A stretch of 64,000 bases of DNA from Malacoraja senta (taxonomy: Eukaryota): positions 930,001-994,000 of the forward strand of contig CM075994.1 in assembly GCA_038087875.1 (NCBI GenBank). Reading direction: 5' to 3'. Made by a program: the position numbers and the translations under genes. Positions 63,400-64,000 of the stretch are shown one piece after another. The notes below the pieces were generated by a model that made no database searches, was not told where the DNA came from, and was given only the letters and a program-made list of their open reading frames with translations. Numbering within the stretch: the first letter of the stretch is position 1; every line of letters starts with the position of its first letter.

Positions 63400-64000
63400 T
63401 CTATAGAGTCATCGTCATAAAGTAATACAGTGTGGAATCAGGCCCTTCGCCTCAACTTGCCCACACCGGCCAACAATGTCCCAGCTACACTAGTCCCACC
63501 TGCCCGCGTTTGGTCCATATTCCTCCAAACCCGTCCTCTCCATGTACCTGTCCAACTGCTTCTTAAACATTGGGATAGTCCCAGCCTCAGCTACCTCCTC
63601 TGGCAGCTTGTTCCATACACCCACCACCCTCTGTGTGAAATAATTACTCCTCGGATTCCTTTTATATATTTTCCCCTTCATCTTGAACCTGTGTCCTCTG
63701 GTCCACGTTTGCCTTATTCTGGGCAAGAGACTCTGTACATCTACCCGATCTATGCCTATCTAAATACTATGTGCACTCTGTGCATCTACCCGATCTGTTC
63801 TAACTAAACAATAGGGCCTGTTTCTGTGCTGTATCTCTAAACTAAACTAAGCATGTCCTATCCATGTACCTGTCTAACTGCTTCTGAAATGTTGGGACAG
63901 TCCCAGTCTCAACTATTTCCTCGGGCAGCTTATACCCAATCTATTGATCTCATGATTTTGTACACCTCTATAAGATCACCCCTCATCCTTCTGCGCTCCA
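63400..64000 (-). mobile_element. CR1 3' fragments
   Basis: TRGHRFKMKG...YFTQRVVGVWNKLPEEV...YGPNAGRWD. Confidence 0.8.

Overview
Eukaryotic, repeat-dense DNA. The repeat content and receptor family suggest a cartilaginous fish, probably a skate or ray (inference). Bases 1-56374 are a tandem array of five diverged 8.5-16.5 kb units that continues upstream of the window. Each unit carries one three-exon class A orphan GPCR (about 329 aa) resembling the GPR139/GPR142-like genes expanded in sharks and rays. The ORF track misses exon 1 and the splicing. Copy 2 is the only copy with a fully canonical, intact structure. Copy 1 has a 1-nt frameshift, and copies 3-5 have intact exon ORFs but GG instead of AG at the exon 3 acceptor. 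Intron 2 looks transposon-born: Penelope-like (GIY-YIG) sequence runs almost from donor to acceptor, bounded by a CAGGTAC direct repeat. In copy 4 a young Gypsy LTR element inserted in that same donor, and its GGTAC target duplication makes it a GT...AG segment whose removal restores the original donor exactly. The units also carry Rex1/Babar and CR1 LINEs, SINEs, Penelope-type minimal hammerhead motifs and an 8-bp minisatellite. They are recombinational mosaics. Bases 56375-64000 are TE debris and microsatellites. All calls were made by eye, with no database searches.
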